This document shows, piece by piece, positions 29,859 through 39,282 of a stretch of DNA of 64,000 nt. The stretch comes from an uncultured Gammaproteobacteria bacterium (GTDB lineage: Bacteria > Pseudomonadota > Gammaproteobacteria > UBA9214). The notes under the pieces were generated by a model. It saw only the letters and a program-made list of their open reading frames with translations. It ran no database searches and was not told the origin of the DNA. Where the stretch lies: the NCBI GenBank assembly GCA_963748215.1, contig CAVVHS010000007.1, positions 352,001 to 416,000 on the forward strand. The letters run 5' to 3'. Numbering within the stretch: position 1 is the stretch's first letter; each line of letters opens with the position of its first letter. A program made the translations under genes and the position numbers.

Positions 29859-29927
29859 GGTGCTTATCCGTATAAATGGAAAATTACTGTGTTGTTGGAG
29901 GGCATGGTGTTTTTACTGCTACAACTG

Positions 29928-30198
29928 AATGGCCACGGAATCCACGGAAGAACACGGAAAAATAAAACCGGCATTGTATATGGCCCCGGGTGTATACGGG
30001 ATAAATCGCAATGCTACCTGCGTGCAGAGTTTGCGCAGTCAAGTCAGCGAATATCCGGCAGGCTGGAAAGTTCTTCTGTCCCCATTTGATATTCCTGTAC
30101 AAACTATCAGTGGCTGATAACGAATCAAGCGCCGGGTTCTCTCTGTCAAAAAACGTTGCTTTTTTCTTTCCGTGTTCTTCCGTGGGTTCCGTGGCTAT
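29928..30198. repeat. Inverted pair of CACGGAA-type repeats bracketing ~200 bp
   Basis: ATGGCCACGGAATCCACGGAAGAACACGGAAAA (~29929) and TTTCCGTGTTCTTCCGTGGGTTCCGTGGCTAT (~30167). Confidence 0.85.
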
Positions 30199-30229
30199 TC
30201 CAGATCATGCAAGAATTTTGTTGCCAGGG

Positions 30230-31219
30230 TCAGTATTCCGCATGGTCCTGGCTGAGCTCGATGTAGAACGTCGACAGGACCTTTTCCGGTTCCTTGCGTG
30301 CTGGCAGCGTCTGGCGGATGCGCGCCTCGACCCGTGCGGCATCGATGACCTGCCGGTCGATAATGCGCGGGTAGAGCCGGTACTGCTGCGCCAGCTTGAG
30401 CGGCTGCACACGGGCATGCTGCTCGAAGGTGGCACGCGTTGCCGTGTCCAGCGCGGGCAGCAACAGCTGCCAGGGGGCCTGCCAGCGGATAAAGTCATCG
30501 ATCAGCTGGCGGTGCATCGCATCGTGGTGCGTGGCATCGATCAGGGTGGCGGGAAAGGCGTCGCCGGCCAGCGTGCGGCCTGCCAGTACGGCGTCGAGGT
30601 CGATACCCGCCACGCCACAGCCGCTGCCGTCGTCCCGGCGTCGAAAGACCTGGGCGGCGGGGGTCGGGCCGGCACAGTCGTTGATGTAGGCGCCCAGGTA
30701 GTCGGCGATGGCCCCGGCCGCGGTGGCGTCGATACCGAGCTGTCCGGCAGCCGTGGAGATGAAGGTGCGCCGGCAGTTCTGGCCGGTCAGCCACACCAGA
30801 GATTGCCGGCTGGCCAGCTCATCCGGTGCCACGGCGCTGTCCAGCAGCACCAGCGGGCGCGCTGTCCGGTCCAGCAGCCACAGTTCGTAGTGGTCGTGGA
30901 AGGGGAAGGGGACCTGGTCGTGTACCGTCAGCAGGTGCTCGTACACACGCTGCCCCATCTGTTCCATGCGCCGGAAATCCTCGGAAGGAAAGATCGGACC
31001 GCGCCGGAGTCCCTTGTCCTGCGACCAGGCGCCGAAACGGATGTCGCTGACCTGCGGCCTGCCGTGACCCGCCAGGTCTTCCATCAGGCCGTCGTTGCTG
31101 ACGTAGATATCCCAGTGCACGCCATCCGCCGTGACGGCGTCCGCCGAGCCGTAGCGCACGCAGTTCATACTGCCGCGAAACGGGTTGAGCATGCGTTGTG
31201 AGTAGCACTGAAAAGACAT
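30230..31219 (-). CDS. Conserved hypothetical protein
   Basis: 329-aa ORF with host-like codon usage (RMLNPFRG, DHYELWLLD, WQAPWQLLLP). Confidence 0.75.
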   Translation of the reverse strand: MSFQCYSQRMLNPFRGSMNCVRYGSADAVTADGVHWDIYVSNDGLMEDLAGHGRPQVSDIRFGAWSQDKGLRRGPIFPSEDFRRMEQMGQRVYEHLLTVHDQVPFPFHDHYELWLLDRTARPLVLLDSAVAPDELASRQSLVWLTGQNCRRTFISTAAGQLGIDATAAGAIADYLGAYINDCAGPTPAAQVFRRRDDGSGCGVAGIDLDAVLAGRTLAGDAFPATLIDATHHDAMHRQLIDDFIRWQAPWQLLLPALDTATRATFEQHARVQPLKLAQQYRLYPRIIDRQVIDAARVEARIRQTLPARKEPEKVLSTFYIELSQDHAEY

Positions 31220-31330
31220 CGTCCCGGTGCGCCTTTCTGACCGCGATTAGGCTATCCTACACCACCCGGGACGAGTATGCCCGGTGATGCCTAACCATAG
31301 ACTGCAACGCTTTCCGATCCGGATTCAAAC

Positions 31331-33220
31331 ATGCCTGTACTGCGACTCGACAAGGTTTCGCTCGCCTTCGGCCATCGCGCGCTGCTGGACGGCGTGGACC
31401 TGGAATTGCGCAGGGGCGAGCGCGTGTGCCTGGTGGGGCGCAATGGCGAGGGCAAGTCCTCGCTGCTGCGCGTGATCAGCGGCGAGCAGGCCGCCGATGA
31501 GGGCGAGGTATGGCTGCGTCCCGGTATGCGGATTGCCACGCTGGCGCAGGAGGTCACCCTGGACAGCGCGGCCCCCGTCTTCGACGTGGTGGCCGGTGGC
31601 CTGGGGGCGCTGGCGGAAGTGGTCTCAGCCTACCATCATGCCGCTCATGCGCTCGGGCAGCACCAGGACGCGGCCGCCATGGAACGGCTGGCGGACCTGC
31701 AGCACAAACTGGAGGCCGGCGATGGCTGGCAGCTCGAGCAGCGTGTGGAGGCCGTGTTGTCACGCCTGCAGCTGGACGGCGAGGCCGGCTTCGACACGCT
31801 GTCCGGCGGCTGGCGCCGCCGCGTGTTGCTGGCGCGCGCGCTGGTGTGCGAGCCGGACATCCTGCTGCTGGACGAGCCGACCAATCACCTCGACATCGAG
31901 GCCATCACCTGGCTGGAAGAGTTCATGGCGGACTTTGCCGGGGCGCTGCTGTTTATCACGCACGACCGGGCCTTCGTGCGGCGGCTGGCGACGCGCATCA
32001 TCGAACTCGACCGCGGCCGGCTGAGTTCGTGGCCCGGGAACTACGATGATTACCTGCGCAGGAAGGCAGCACAGCTGGAGGTCGAGGAACGCCACCACGC
32101 ACAGTTCGACCGCAAGCTCGCGCAGGAAGAGGCCTGGATACGCCAGGGTATCAAGGCACGCCGTACCCGCAACGAGGGGCGGGTGCGGGCGCTGCAGGGT
32201 TTGCGCGAGGAGCGCTCGCAGCGCCGCGAACGTGGCGGCCGCGCCGACCTGCAGCTGGACCGCGGCGAGCAGTCCGGCCGCCTGGTATTCGAGGCTGAGG
32301 ATGTCACGGTGCGTTTCGGTGAGCGCACCATCATCCGCGATTTCTCCGCCACCATCCTGCGCGGCGACCGGGTCGGCATCATCGGCCCGAACGGGGCCGG
32401 CAAGTCGACGCTGATCCGTGTACTGCTTGGCGACCTGCAGCCGGACAGCGGGCGAGTGCGGCGCGGCACGCGCCAGCAGGTCGCGTATTTCGACCAGCAG
32501 CGCGAGCAGCTCGATGCGGACAAGTCGGTGATGGACAGCGTCGCTGCCGGCAGTCAGCGCGTGATCGTGAACGGCAGCGACCGGCATGTGGCCGGTTACC
32601 TTCGCGATTTCCTGTTCCCGCCGGAGCGCCTGCAGTCACCGGTGAGTTCGCTGTCCGGCGGCGAACGCAACCGTCTGCTGCTGGCGCGCCTGTTCGCGCG
32701 TCCCGCCAATCTGCTGGTGATGGACGAACCGACCAACGACCTCGACGTGGAGACGCTGGAACTGCTCGAGGAACTGCTGATGGATTACCATGGCACCCTG
32801 CTGCTGGTCAGTCACGACCGCGCCTTCCTCGACAATGTCGTCACCAGCTCACTGGTGTTCGAGGGTGACGGTATCATCAACGAGTACGTGGGCGGTTACA
32901 CGGACTGGCAGCGCCAGCGCGCGGCCGGCGCGCAGCGAAGTCCCCGGTCGCCGGCGGCGAAGCCGGGGAAAACGCCACAGGACAGGACTCCCGCTGCCAG
33001 GCCGGTCAAGCTTGCCTACAGGGAACAGCGTGAACTCGACACGCTGCCGGCAAGGATCGAGACACTCGAAGCCGAGCAGGCGGCGTTGCAGAAGGCGGTC
33101 AATGACCCGGGGTTCTACCGGCAGGACAGTGCGGAGATTGCCGCCGCGCTGGCGCGACTGGAAGCACTCGGCACGGAACTGGAACAGTGCTACGCGCGCT
33201 GGGCGCAGCTGGAATCCTGA
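31331..33220 (+). CDS. uup: ABC-F family ATPase Uup
   Basis: GRNGEGKS, LSGGWRRR, WIRQGIKARRTRNEGRVRAL, LSGGERNRL, C-terminal coiled coil. Confidence 0.92.
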   Translation: MPVLRLDKVSLAFGHRALLDGVDLELRRGERVCLVGRNGEGKSSLLRVISGEQAADEGEVWLRPGMRIATLAQEVTLDSAAPVFDVVAGGLGALAEVVSAYHHAAHALGQHQDAAAMERLADLQHKLEAGDGWQLEQRVEAVLSRLQLDGEAGFDTLSGGWRRRVLLARALVCEPDILLLDEPTNHLDIEAITWLEEFMADFAGALLFITHDRAFVRRLATRIIELDRGRLSSWPGNYDDYLRRKAAQLEVEERHHAQFDRKLAQEEAWIRQGIKARRTRNEGRVRALQGLREERSQRRERGGRADLQLDRGEQSGRLVFEAEDVTVRFGERTIIRDFSATILRGDRVGIIGPNGAGKSTLIRVLLGDLQPDSGRVRRGTRQQVAYFDQQREQLDADKSVMDSVAAGSQRVIVNGSDRHVAGYLRDFLFPPERLQSPVSSLSGGERNRLLLARLFARPANLLVMDEPTNDLDVETLELLEELLMDYHGTLLLVSHDRAFLDNVVTSSLVFEGDGIINEYVGGYTDWQRQRAAGAQRSPRSPAAKPGKTPQDRTPAARPVKLAYREQRELDTLPARIETLEAEQAALQKAVNDPGFYRQDSAEIAAALARLEALGTELEQCYARWAQLES

Positions 33221-33231
33221 GCGGCCGCGGG

Positions 33232-33795
33232 TCAGGCCCGCGACATGTATTCGCCGGTGCCCGTGTTGACCTTGATCAGTTCGCCCGTGGCGAGGTATTC
33301 CGGCACCTGCACTACCAGCCCGGTGCTCAGTGTGGCAGGCTTGGTGCGCGCGGAGGCGGACGCCCCCTTCATGCCGGGTGCGGTATCGGCGATCGCCAGC
33401 GCCACGGTGGCCGGCAGTTCGATGCCGAGGATGGCGCCGTCGGCGATCATGGCCAGGATACCGTCGAGGTCCTCGGTGAGATATTGCAGTTCGTCTTCCA
33501 GGTCAGCCGTGCCGAGCGTGTACTGCTCGTAGCTCTCCTTGTCCATGAAGGTGCAGCCGTCGGCATCCCGGTACAGGTACTGCACCGGCCGCCGCCCGAA
33601 CTCGACCGGCTGGACGACATCGTCGCCCTTGAAACGGTTTTCATATTTCGCCTTGCTGACGATGTCGAAGCCCCGCACCTTGTAAAGTGTGCTGCCGCTG
33701 CGCGAGGACGGGCTCTGGACATCCAGTGCCTTGATGATCAACTTGCGGCCATCGATGTCGATGACCATGCCTTTTCTAAGTTCGCTGGCCTTCAT
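33232..33795 (-). CDS. yeiP: Elongation factor P-like protein YeiP (EfpL)
   Basis: KASELRKG, SPSSRSG loop (Arg tip), ASASARTKPA.LSTGL.VQVPEY. Confidence 0.88.
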   Translation of the reverse strand: MKASELRKGMVIDIDGRKLIIKALDVQSPSSRSGSTLYKVRGFDIVSKAKYENRFKGDDVVQPVEFGRRPVQYLYRDADGCTFMDKESYEQYTLGTADLEDELQYLTEDLDGILAMIADGAILGIELPATVALAIADTAPGMKGASASARTKPATLSTGLVVQVPEYLATGELIKVNTGTGEYMSRA

Positions 33796-33803
33796 CTGGC
33801 GGG

Positions 33804-34289
33804 CTAGTCGTGGTGGTGTCCGTCCGGGCCGTGTACGTGACCGTGTTCCAGTTCCTCGGGTGTGGCCTCGCGGATGTCGATGACCCTGACGTCGAAGTTG
33901 AGCTGCACGCCGGCCAGCGGGTGGTTGCCGTCCACGGTGATGGTGTCGTCCTCGACCTTCGCGATCATCACCACGATAGCCTGGCCGTCCGGGCCCTGGG
34001 CATGGAACTGCATGCCGGGCTGAATCTCCTGGTCGGCGGGGAACATCTCGCGCGGAACCGACTGGACCCGCTCCGCCTCGCGCACGCCGTAACCCTGTTC
34101 GGGCGGGATGGACACGGACAGCTCTTCTCCGGCGGTCTTGCCGGTGAGCGCGTCTTCCAGGCCCGGGATGATGTTGCTGGCGCCGTGCAGGTAGCAGAAG
34201 CTGCCGTCGTCCGACTGGTCGATGATGTTGTCGTCGTTGTCTTTCAGTGTATAGGCGATACTGATCACGCGGTTGTTTGCTATCTGCAT
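33804..34289 (-). CDS. slyD: FKBP-type peptidyl-prolyl isomerase SlyD
   Basis: YLHGASNIIPGLE, VDGNHPLAG, His-rich tail HGHVHGPDGHHHD. Confidence 0.92.
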   Translation of the reverse strand: MQIANNRVISIAYTLKDNDDNIIDQSDDGSFCYLHGASNIIPGLEDALTGKTAGEELSVSIPPEQGYGVREAERVQSVPREMFPADQEIQPGMQFHAQGPDGQAIVVMIAKVEDDTITVDGNHPLAGVQLNFDVRVIDIREATPEELEHGHVHGPDGHHHD

Positions 34290-34577
34290 GCGAGGCTCCT
34301 GTAGAATTGTGCCGGGTGACTGCCGGATTTGGGTGATCGTAGCGGGCATGGCGGGAGAGCGAGGGCGTATCTTCCCGGCCCCGGGCGCATAACGATGCCA
34401 TGCAAGGGGGATAGGGGAAGTTCTGGCCGCTGCTTCCAACAGCGCAGTCGATAGATCCTGGGTCCGACAGCCTCCTGGATGCGGGATTGTGGCGTAAGGC
34501 GCCAAATGTTAGCACAGCCTATTGGCCGATGTGTGAAATTGCCGTGAAACAGGGGAAAAACAGGTATTACGAACGGC

Positions 34578-34841
34578 ATGGACTGGCAGGTATACATCAT
34601 TCTCTGTTCCGATGATTCGCTCTATACCGGGATCACCTGCGATGTCCGGCGCCGGCTCGGGCAGCACGGCGGCAAGCGGGGAGCGAAATATTTCCGCGGC
34701 CGCCAGCCGCTGCAGGTCGTCTACCTCGAAGCCGGCCACAGCCGCAGCAGCGCGAGCCGGCGCGAGGCCGCGATCAAGAAGCTGACGCGTACCGGGAAGC
34801 TGCGGCTGATCGGCTCTGGCGCACCAATACCCTGTGGATGA
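34578..34841 (+). CDS. GIY-YIG nuclease family protein (YhbQ-like)
   Basis: WQVYII..SLYTGIT..RR..QH..GAKY. Confidence 0.85.
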   Translation: MDWQVYIILCSDDSLYTGITCDVRRRLGQHGGKRGAKYFRGRQPLQVVYLEAGHSRSSASRREAAIKKLTRTGKLRLIGSGAPIPCG

Positions 34842-34870
34842 TATGCGAATGACCGACGCTGCGGCGCCGG

Positions 34871-35452
34871 TTAACCCTGCGGGTCGTCCGGTGGCACGGG
34901 AACGCTCGTGTCCTTGCCATTCGCAGCCGGGCGCACCGGCCTGGTGCGTAAAGCTTTCTTCTTGACGTCCAGCGTGAACCAGTCGTCCCGGGTGATTTCG
35001 TGGAAGTAGTCGGCTTCCTCTATCAGCTGCCTCGAGGTCGTGGCGGGCACGGCCGCAATCTCGACGCGCACGCCTTCCGATTTCAGATGGCTGACCAGCT
35101 CGATGTAATCCGAATCGCCCGACATGATGATGATGGTGTCGACCTTGTTGGCCAGTTGCGTGGCCTTGATGGATAGCGGGATATCCGCGCTCTTGTGGCA
35201 GGGGCGCACCGAGCCATGGTAGTTGGCATGCAGGCGTTCGCGCAGCTTGGACGAAATCTGCTTGCCTTCGCGGAAATACACCAGCCGGTTGAGCCCGCGG
35301 TTACCGAGCAGACGCGGCACCAGGGTATCGAAGTTGAGCATGGTGTTGGGCTTGTTGGTCTCGGCGTGAATACTGCGCTCGATGTTGTTGCCATCGACCA
35401 GGATGGCGACGGACTGGCTGATCAGGACCTGCTGGTTATCGCTGCTTGTCAT
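34871..35452 (-). CDS. NYN domain (LabA/DUF88) protein
   Basis: ILVDGNN, KSADI, MSGDSDY. Confidence 0.87.
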   Translation of the reverse strand: MTSSDNQQVLISQSVAILVDGNNIERSIHAETNKPNTMLNFDTLVPRLLGNRGLNRLVYFREGKQISSKLRERLHANYHGSVRPCHKSADIPLSIKATQLANKVDTIIIMSGDSDYIELVSHLKSEGVRVEIAAVPATTSRQLIEEADYFHEITRDDWFTLDVKKKALRTRPVRPAANGKDTSVPVPPDDPQG

Positions 35453-35547
35453 CGGAAATGTCCGGTAAGGAACGGTATTTTTCGGCGGGTGCATTGTACA
35501 ATGCACAGAAATTATCCGAATTTCAATGATCGTTACGGGGTGCGGGC

Positions 35548-36012
35548 ATGATGGGCATGGCGTTGTCGATACACGTGTGGAGCGCTGTGATCTGGGTGGG
35601 CGGAATGTTCTTTGCCTGGATGGTGCTGCGACCGGTGGTGGCCGGCCAGCTCGAACCGCCGCAGCGGCTGACGCTGTGGGACGGAGTGTTCCGCCGCTTT
35701 TTCCCCTGGGTGTTTGCCGCAATCGCCGTATTGCTGGCAACCGGTTACTGGATGGTGCTGTCCTTTTACGGCGGTTTCGATCACGTCGGGCTATACATAC
35801 ATGTCATGCACTGGGGCGGCTATGTCATGATCCTGATTTTCCTGCACGTGTTTTTCGCCCCGACCCGGCGCCTCAGGGCCGCGGTGGCCGAAGCGGACTG
35901 GCCTGCGGGTGGCAGGGCGCTGGCACAGATCCGCCGGCTGGTCGGCGTCAATGTGCTGGTCGGCCTGCTGGTGGTGGCGGTCGCATCGGGCGGGCGTTAC
36001 CTGCTCGGCTAG
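35548..36012 (+). CDS. CopD/DUF2269-like four-TM membrane protein
   Basis: IHVWSAVIWVGGMFF..VLRP; IRRLVGVN. Confidence 0.8.
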   Translation: MMGMALSIHVWSAVIWVGGMFFAWMVLRPVVAGQLEPPQRLTLWDGVFRRFFPWVFAAIAVLLATGYWMVLSFYGGFDHVGLYIHVMHWGGYVMILIFLHVFFAPTRRLRAAVAEADWPAGGRALAQIRRLVGVNVLVGLLVVAVASGGRYLLG

Positions 36013-36213
36013 CCCGCATGTCTCACCCGGACAGGCTGCAACCGATGTCACACGGTTTGTTGCCATATGGGCATCAGTTACATGCTTAAGCGCATGTTGT
36101 CGAACAACCGCCGCCTGGTGAGCAATGCGGGCCAGCTTGCGTGTACCCGAGCTGCGTACTACATTCATAATGGATAGCCACAAACGGCGCGAACAGGCGC
36201 AAGGAGCAGGGTT

Positions 36214-36567
36214 GTGATCGACTCGACAACATTCCAGGGTTCGGCCAATTCCGGGTTTCCGCATGCACCCGCGGGCTGGTCAGTAGCCGAGGCAGAGCAG
36301 GCGGCGTCAGGCGAAGGCCTGCAAACTGATGACGGTCACTGGGAGGCGGTGCGCGCGTTGCAGGAGTATTTTGCGCGGCATGCGGACGGCCCGGTGTTAA
36401 ATGCGCGTGAACTGCATGATGCCCTGGAGGAGAAGTTCCATGCCCGTGGCGGCATGAAATACCTTTACCGGCTGTTTCCGGGTGGCCCGGTGACGCAGGG
36501 TTGTCGTCTGGCCGGGCTCGAAGCGCCGGCTGGCAGCAGCGACCGTGGATTTGGCAGCGTGCAGTGA
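36214..36567 (+). CDS. TusE/DsrC/DsvC-family protein lacking the terminal Cys
   Basis: HWEAVRALQEYF, KYLYRLFPGGPV.QGCRLAGL; ends ...GFGSVQ. Confidence 0.82.
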   Translation: MIDSTTFQGSANSGFPHAPAGWSVAEAEQAASGEGLQTDDGHWEAVRALQEYFARHADGPVLNARELHDALEEKFHARGGMKYLYRLFPGGPVTQGCRLAGLEAPAGSSDRGFGSVQ

Positions 36568-36573
36568 CAGTCG

Positions 36574-37131
36574 GTGGATGATCATTTTGTCCCTGGACGG
36601 GAAGTCCTGACTTTCTGGTTCAGTGGGCCGGCAAGCCGACACTGGTTCAATTCCACGCCCGCCTTCGACAGCGTGATCAGGGAACGCTTCGAGGCCACCT
36701 GGCTACAGGCCCGGGACGGTGCCCTGTTGAGCTGGGAACAAACCCCGGACGGTGCCCTGGCGCTGGTCATCGTGCTTGACCAGTTTCCGCTGAACATGTA
36801 CCGCGATCAGGCGCTTTCCTACAGCACCGAGGCACAGGCACGGGCCGTGGCAAGTCGCGCCATCGAGCGTGGCCATGACCGGCAGCTGCCGGGTGAGCGC
36901 GTGGCCTTTCTGTATCTGCCTTTCATGCACAGCGAGACGCTGGCGGACCAGGACCGTTCGGTGGCGCTGTTTCGGGCGGCCGGGCTGGATAAAAACCTTG
37001 AGTTCGCACTGGGTCATCGCGACATCGTGCGACGCTTCGGACGTTTCCCGCACCGCAATCGTGTCCTCGGACGCGACAGCAGTGCCGAGGAACTCGCCTG
37101 GCTGGCCTCGCCCGGGGCTTTCAACCCCTGA
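36574..37131 (+). CDS. DUF924 family protein
   Basis: VLTFWF, IVLDQFP.N, FLYLPFMHSE, RFGRFPHRN. Confidence 0.9.
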   Translation: MDDHFVPGREVLTFWFSGPASRHWFNSTPAFDSVIRERFEATWLQARDGALLSWEQTPDGALALVIVLDQFPLNMYRDQALSYSTEAQARAVASRAIERGHDRQLPGERVAFLYLPFMHSETLADQDRSVALFRAAGLDKNLEFALGHRDIVRRFGRFPHRNRVLGRDSSAEELAWLASPGAFNP

Positions 37132-37137
37132 GAACGT

Positions 37138-37176
37138 AAAAACGGCCCTGTACCGTGTCGTCCGGGGCAGGGCCGC
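37138..37176. terminator. Probable intrinsic terminator between convergent genes
   Basis: CGGCCCTG...CAGGGCCG stem preceded by A5. Confidence 0.6.
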
Positions 37177-37209
37177 TACTCTGTAAAAATCCGTTACGAA
37201 CCGGCCTGT

Positions 37210-37455
37210 TCAGTCAGCGCCAAGGCTCTTGTCTGCGGTTCCCTGCATGCAATCTGCAATGTATTGGTCCTTCTTGTCTTCATCCAGATCGGATGCGATG
37301 AAATCTGCAACACAGTTGGCCTTCTTTTCTGCGTCGGCTTCCATTTCGGCAGGGGAACCAGTGCCGGTGTCGCCGGGAACGGTATTTTCCTCCGACGCAA
37401 AGGTCATACCGGTCAGGGCAAGGGCGGCTGCAAACATCAAACTGCTGTACTTCAT
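37210..37455 (-). CDS. Small secreted acidic protein with two Cys
   Basis: AGGAG RBS, signal peptide MKYSSLMFAAALAL..TFA, C...YIADC. Confidence 0.7.
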   Translation of the reverse strand: MKYSSLMFAAALALTGMTFASEENTVPGDTGTGSPAEMEADAEKKANCVADFIASDLDEDKKDQYIADCMQGTADKSLGAD

Positions 37456-37754
37456 TTCTGTCTCCTGGCAGACCGTCTGGTCTGTGCATCGTGCGCGAGC
37501 TGCTGCCCGCAAGTGCATTAAGGGTGCAGGCGGCGTTCCTGTAAAGTGAATTGTTTTTATCCTGACCATGCAGAAAAGTATTCCTGCCGCCGACCGGGCT
37601 GCGCGCTTCGTCCGTCACCCCGACGGCAACCGCATGGCAGGTCCGGCGAGACGGGACGGCAGCCGGATTCTGCGGTAACATCGGCTCATGCCAGTCCCTC
37701 GATTCATCCTGTCAGCCGTCAGTCCGTGCTGAGCCGCCTTCCGGAACAGGCCAC

Positions 37755-39272
37755 GTGAAGCCCGGTCCCGTCATGCTGGTGATCTTCGATGGCTTCGGGC
37801 TCAATCCGAGTCGCGCGCACAATGCCTGGGCGCTGGCGCGTACGCCGCACCTCGACCACTACTTCGCCAGCTGGCCGCATTCCGTGCTGCAGGCCTCCGG
37901 TCGCGCCGTGGGATTGCCGGACGGGCAGTTCGGCAACTCCGAGGTCGGCCACCTGACGCTCGGTTCGGGGCGTATCCTGGAACAGGACCTGGTACGCATT
38001 GCCAATGCGATCTACGACGGCCGGCTCGCACACAACCCGGTCTGGCAGGATATGCTGCAGGGCGCCCGGCGCCTGCACCTGGTGGGCATGGTGTCCGATG
38101 GTGGCGTGCATTCCCACATCGAACACCTGTATGGCGTACTCGACCTGCTGCATGACAGCGGCATCGAGCCCGTGCTGCACATGATCACCGACGGGCGCGA
38201 TACTGCACCGCGGGCCGCACTGGACTATCTCGATCGACTCGAGGACAAGCTGACGCGCCTGGGCACGGGGACCATTGCCACAGTATGCGGGCGCTATTGC
38301 GCCATGGACCGTGCCAGGAACTGGGACCGTACCGAGCGTGCCTGGCGCTGCCTGGTGCGGGCAGACGGGTTGACGGCGGCATCGGTGCGCGCCGCCATCG
38401 AGTCCGCCTATGCACGCGGTGAAGGTGACGAGTTTATCCAGCCCACCGTGATAACAGGCTACCAGGGCATGGATCTGTCCGATCCGGTGTTGTGTTTCAA
38501 CTTCCGCAGCGACCGCATGCGCCAGCTGGCGGCCGCGTTCGGCCTGGCGGAGTTTGATGCCTTTGCGCGCGACGGCAGTGTGCTGCAACGCCTGGTATGC
38601 ATGACCGAATATGATGCGAATTACCCGTTTCCGGTGCTATTCGAGCCGCAATCGCCGCAAGGGGTGCTGGCCGAGCTGATCAGCGCCGCCGGGCTGCGCC
38701 AGCTGCACTGTGCCGAGACCGAGAAATACCCGCACGTCACCTATTTCTTCAACGGCGGCCGCGAACAGCCTTACGCCGGAGAGGAGCGCATCATCGTGCC
38801 ATCGCCCACCGTGGCCACCTACGACATGCAGCCGGAAATGAGCGCGGACAGGGTCGCGGACGAACTGGTCAAGGCCATAGAAAGCGCGCAGTATGATTTC
38901 ATAGTGACCAATTTTGCCAACACCGACATGGTCGGACACACCGCGCGCCGCGAGGCCGTGATCAAGGCCGTGGAGACTATCGACAACGAGAGCCACCGGG
39001 TATTCCGCGCGGCGCTGGAACGCGGCTGGCGCATCCTGCTGACGGCCGATCATGGCAATTGCGACGAAATGGTCAATCCCAATACCGGCGAACCCCATAC
39101 CCAGCACAGTGAGTACCCGGTACCGTTCCTGATCATGGGTGCGGGACCGGTGCGACTGGGGACCGGACGCGGCCTGGCGGACATCGCGCCTACCATCCTC
39201 GATCTGCTGGGTTTGCCACGGCCGCCGGAGATGACCGGGCACAGCCTGATACTGAGAGACGGACTGTTGTGA
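37755..39272 (+). CDS. gpmI: 2,3-bisphosphoglycerate-independent phosphoglycerate mutase
   Basis: GLPDGQFGNSEVGH, SDGGVHSH, AETEKYPHVT, DMVGHT, TADHGN. Confidence 0.95.
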   Translation: MKPGPVMLVIFDGFGLNPSRAHNAWALARTPHLDHYFASWPHSVLQASGRAVGLPDGQFGNSEVGHLTLGSGRILEQDLVRIANAIYDGRLAHNPVWQDMLQGARRLHLVGMVSDGGVHSHIEHLYGVLDLLHDSGIEPVLHMITDGRDTAPRAALDYLDRLEDKLTRLGTGTIATVCGRYCAMDRARNWDRTERAWRCLVRADGLTAASVRAAIESAYARGEGDEFIQPTVITGYQGMDLSDPVLCFNFRSDRMRQLAAAFGLAEFDAFARDGSVLQRLVCMTEYDANYPFPVLFEPQSPQGVLAELISAAGLRQLHCAETEKYPHVTYFFNGGREQPYAGEERIIVPSPTVATYDMQPEMSADRVADELVKAIESAQYDFIVTNFANTDMVGHTARREAVIKAVETIDNESHRVFRAALERGWRILLTADHGNCDEMVNPNTGEPHTQHSEYPVPFLIMGAGPVRLGTGRGLADIAPTILDLLGLPRPPEMTGHSLILRDGLL

Positions 39273-39282
39273 ACCGGAGACA

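Noticed and set aside
34578-35452. GIY-YIG plus NYN nucleases as a defence or toxin-antitoxin system
   Set aside because: They are convergent, not an operon; both are common stand-alone families with host-like composition.
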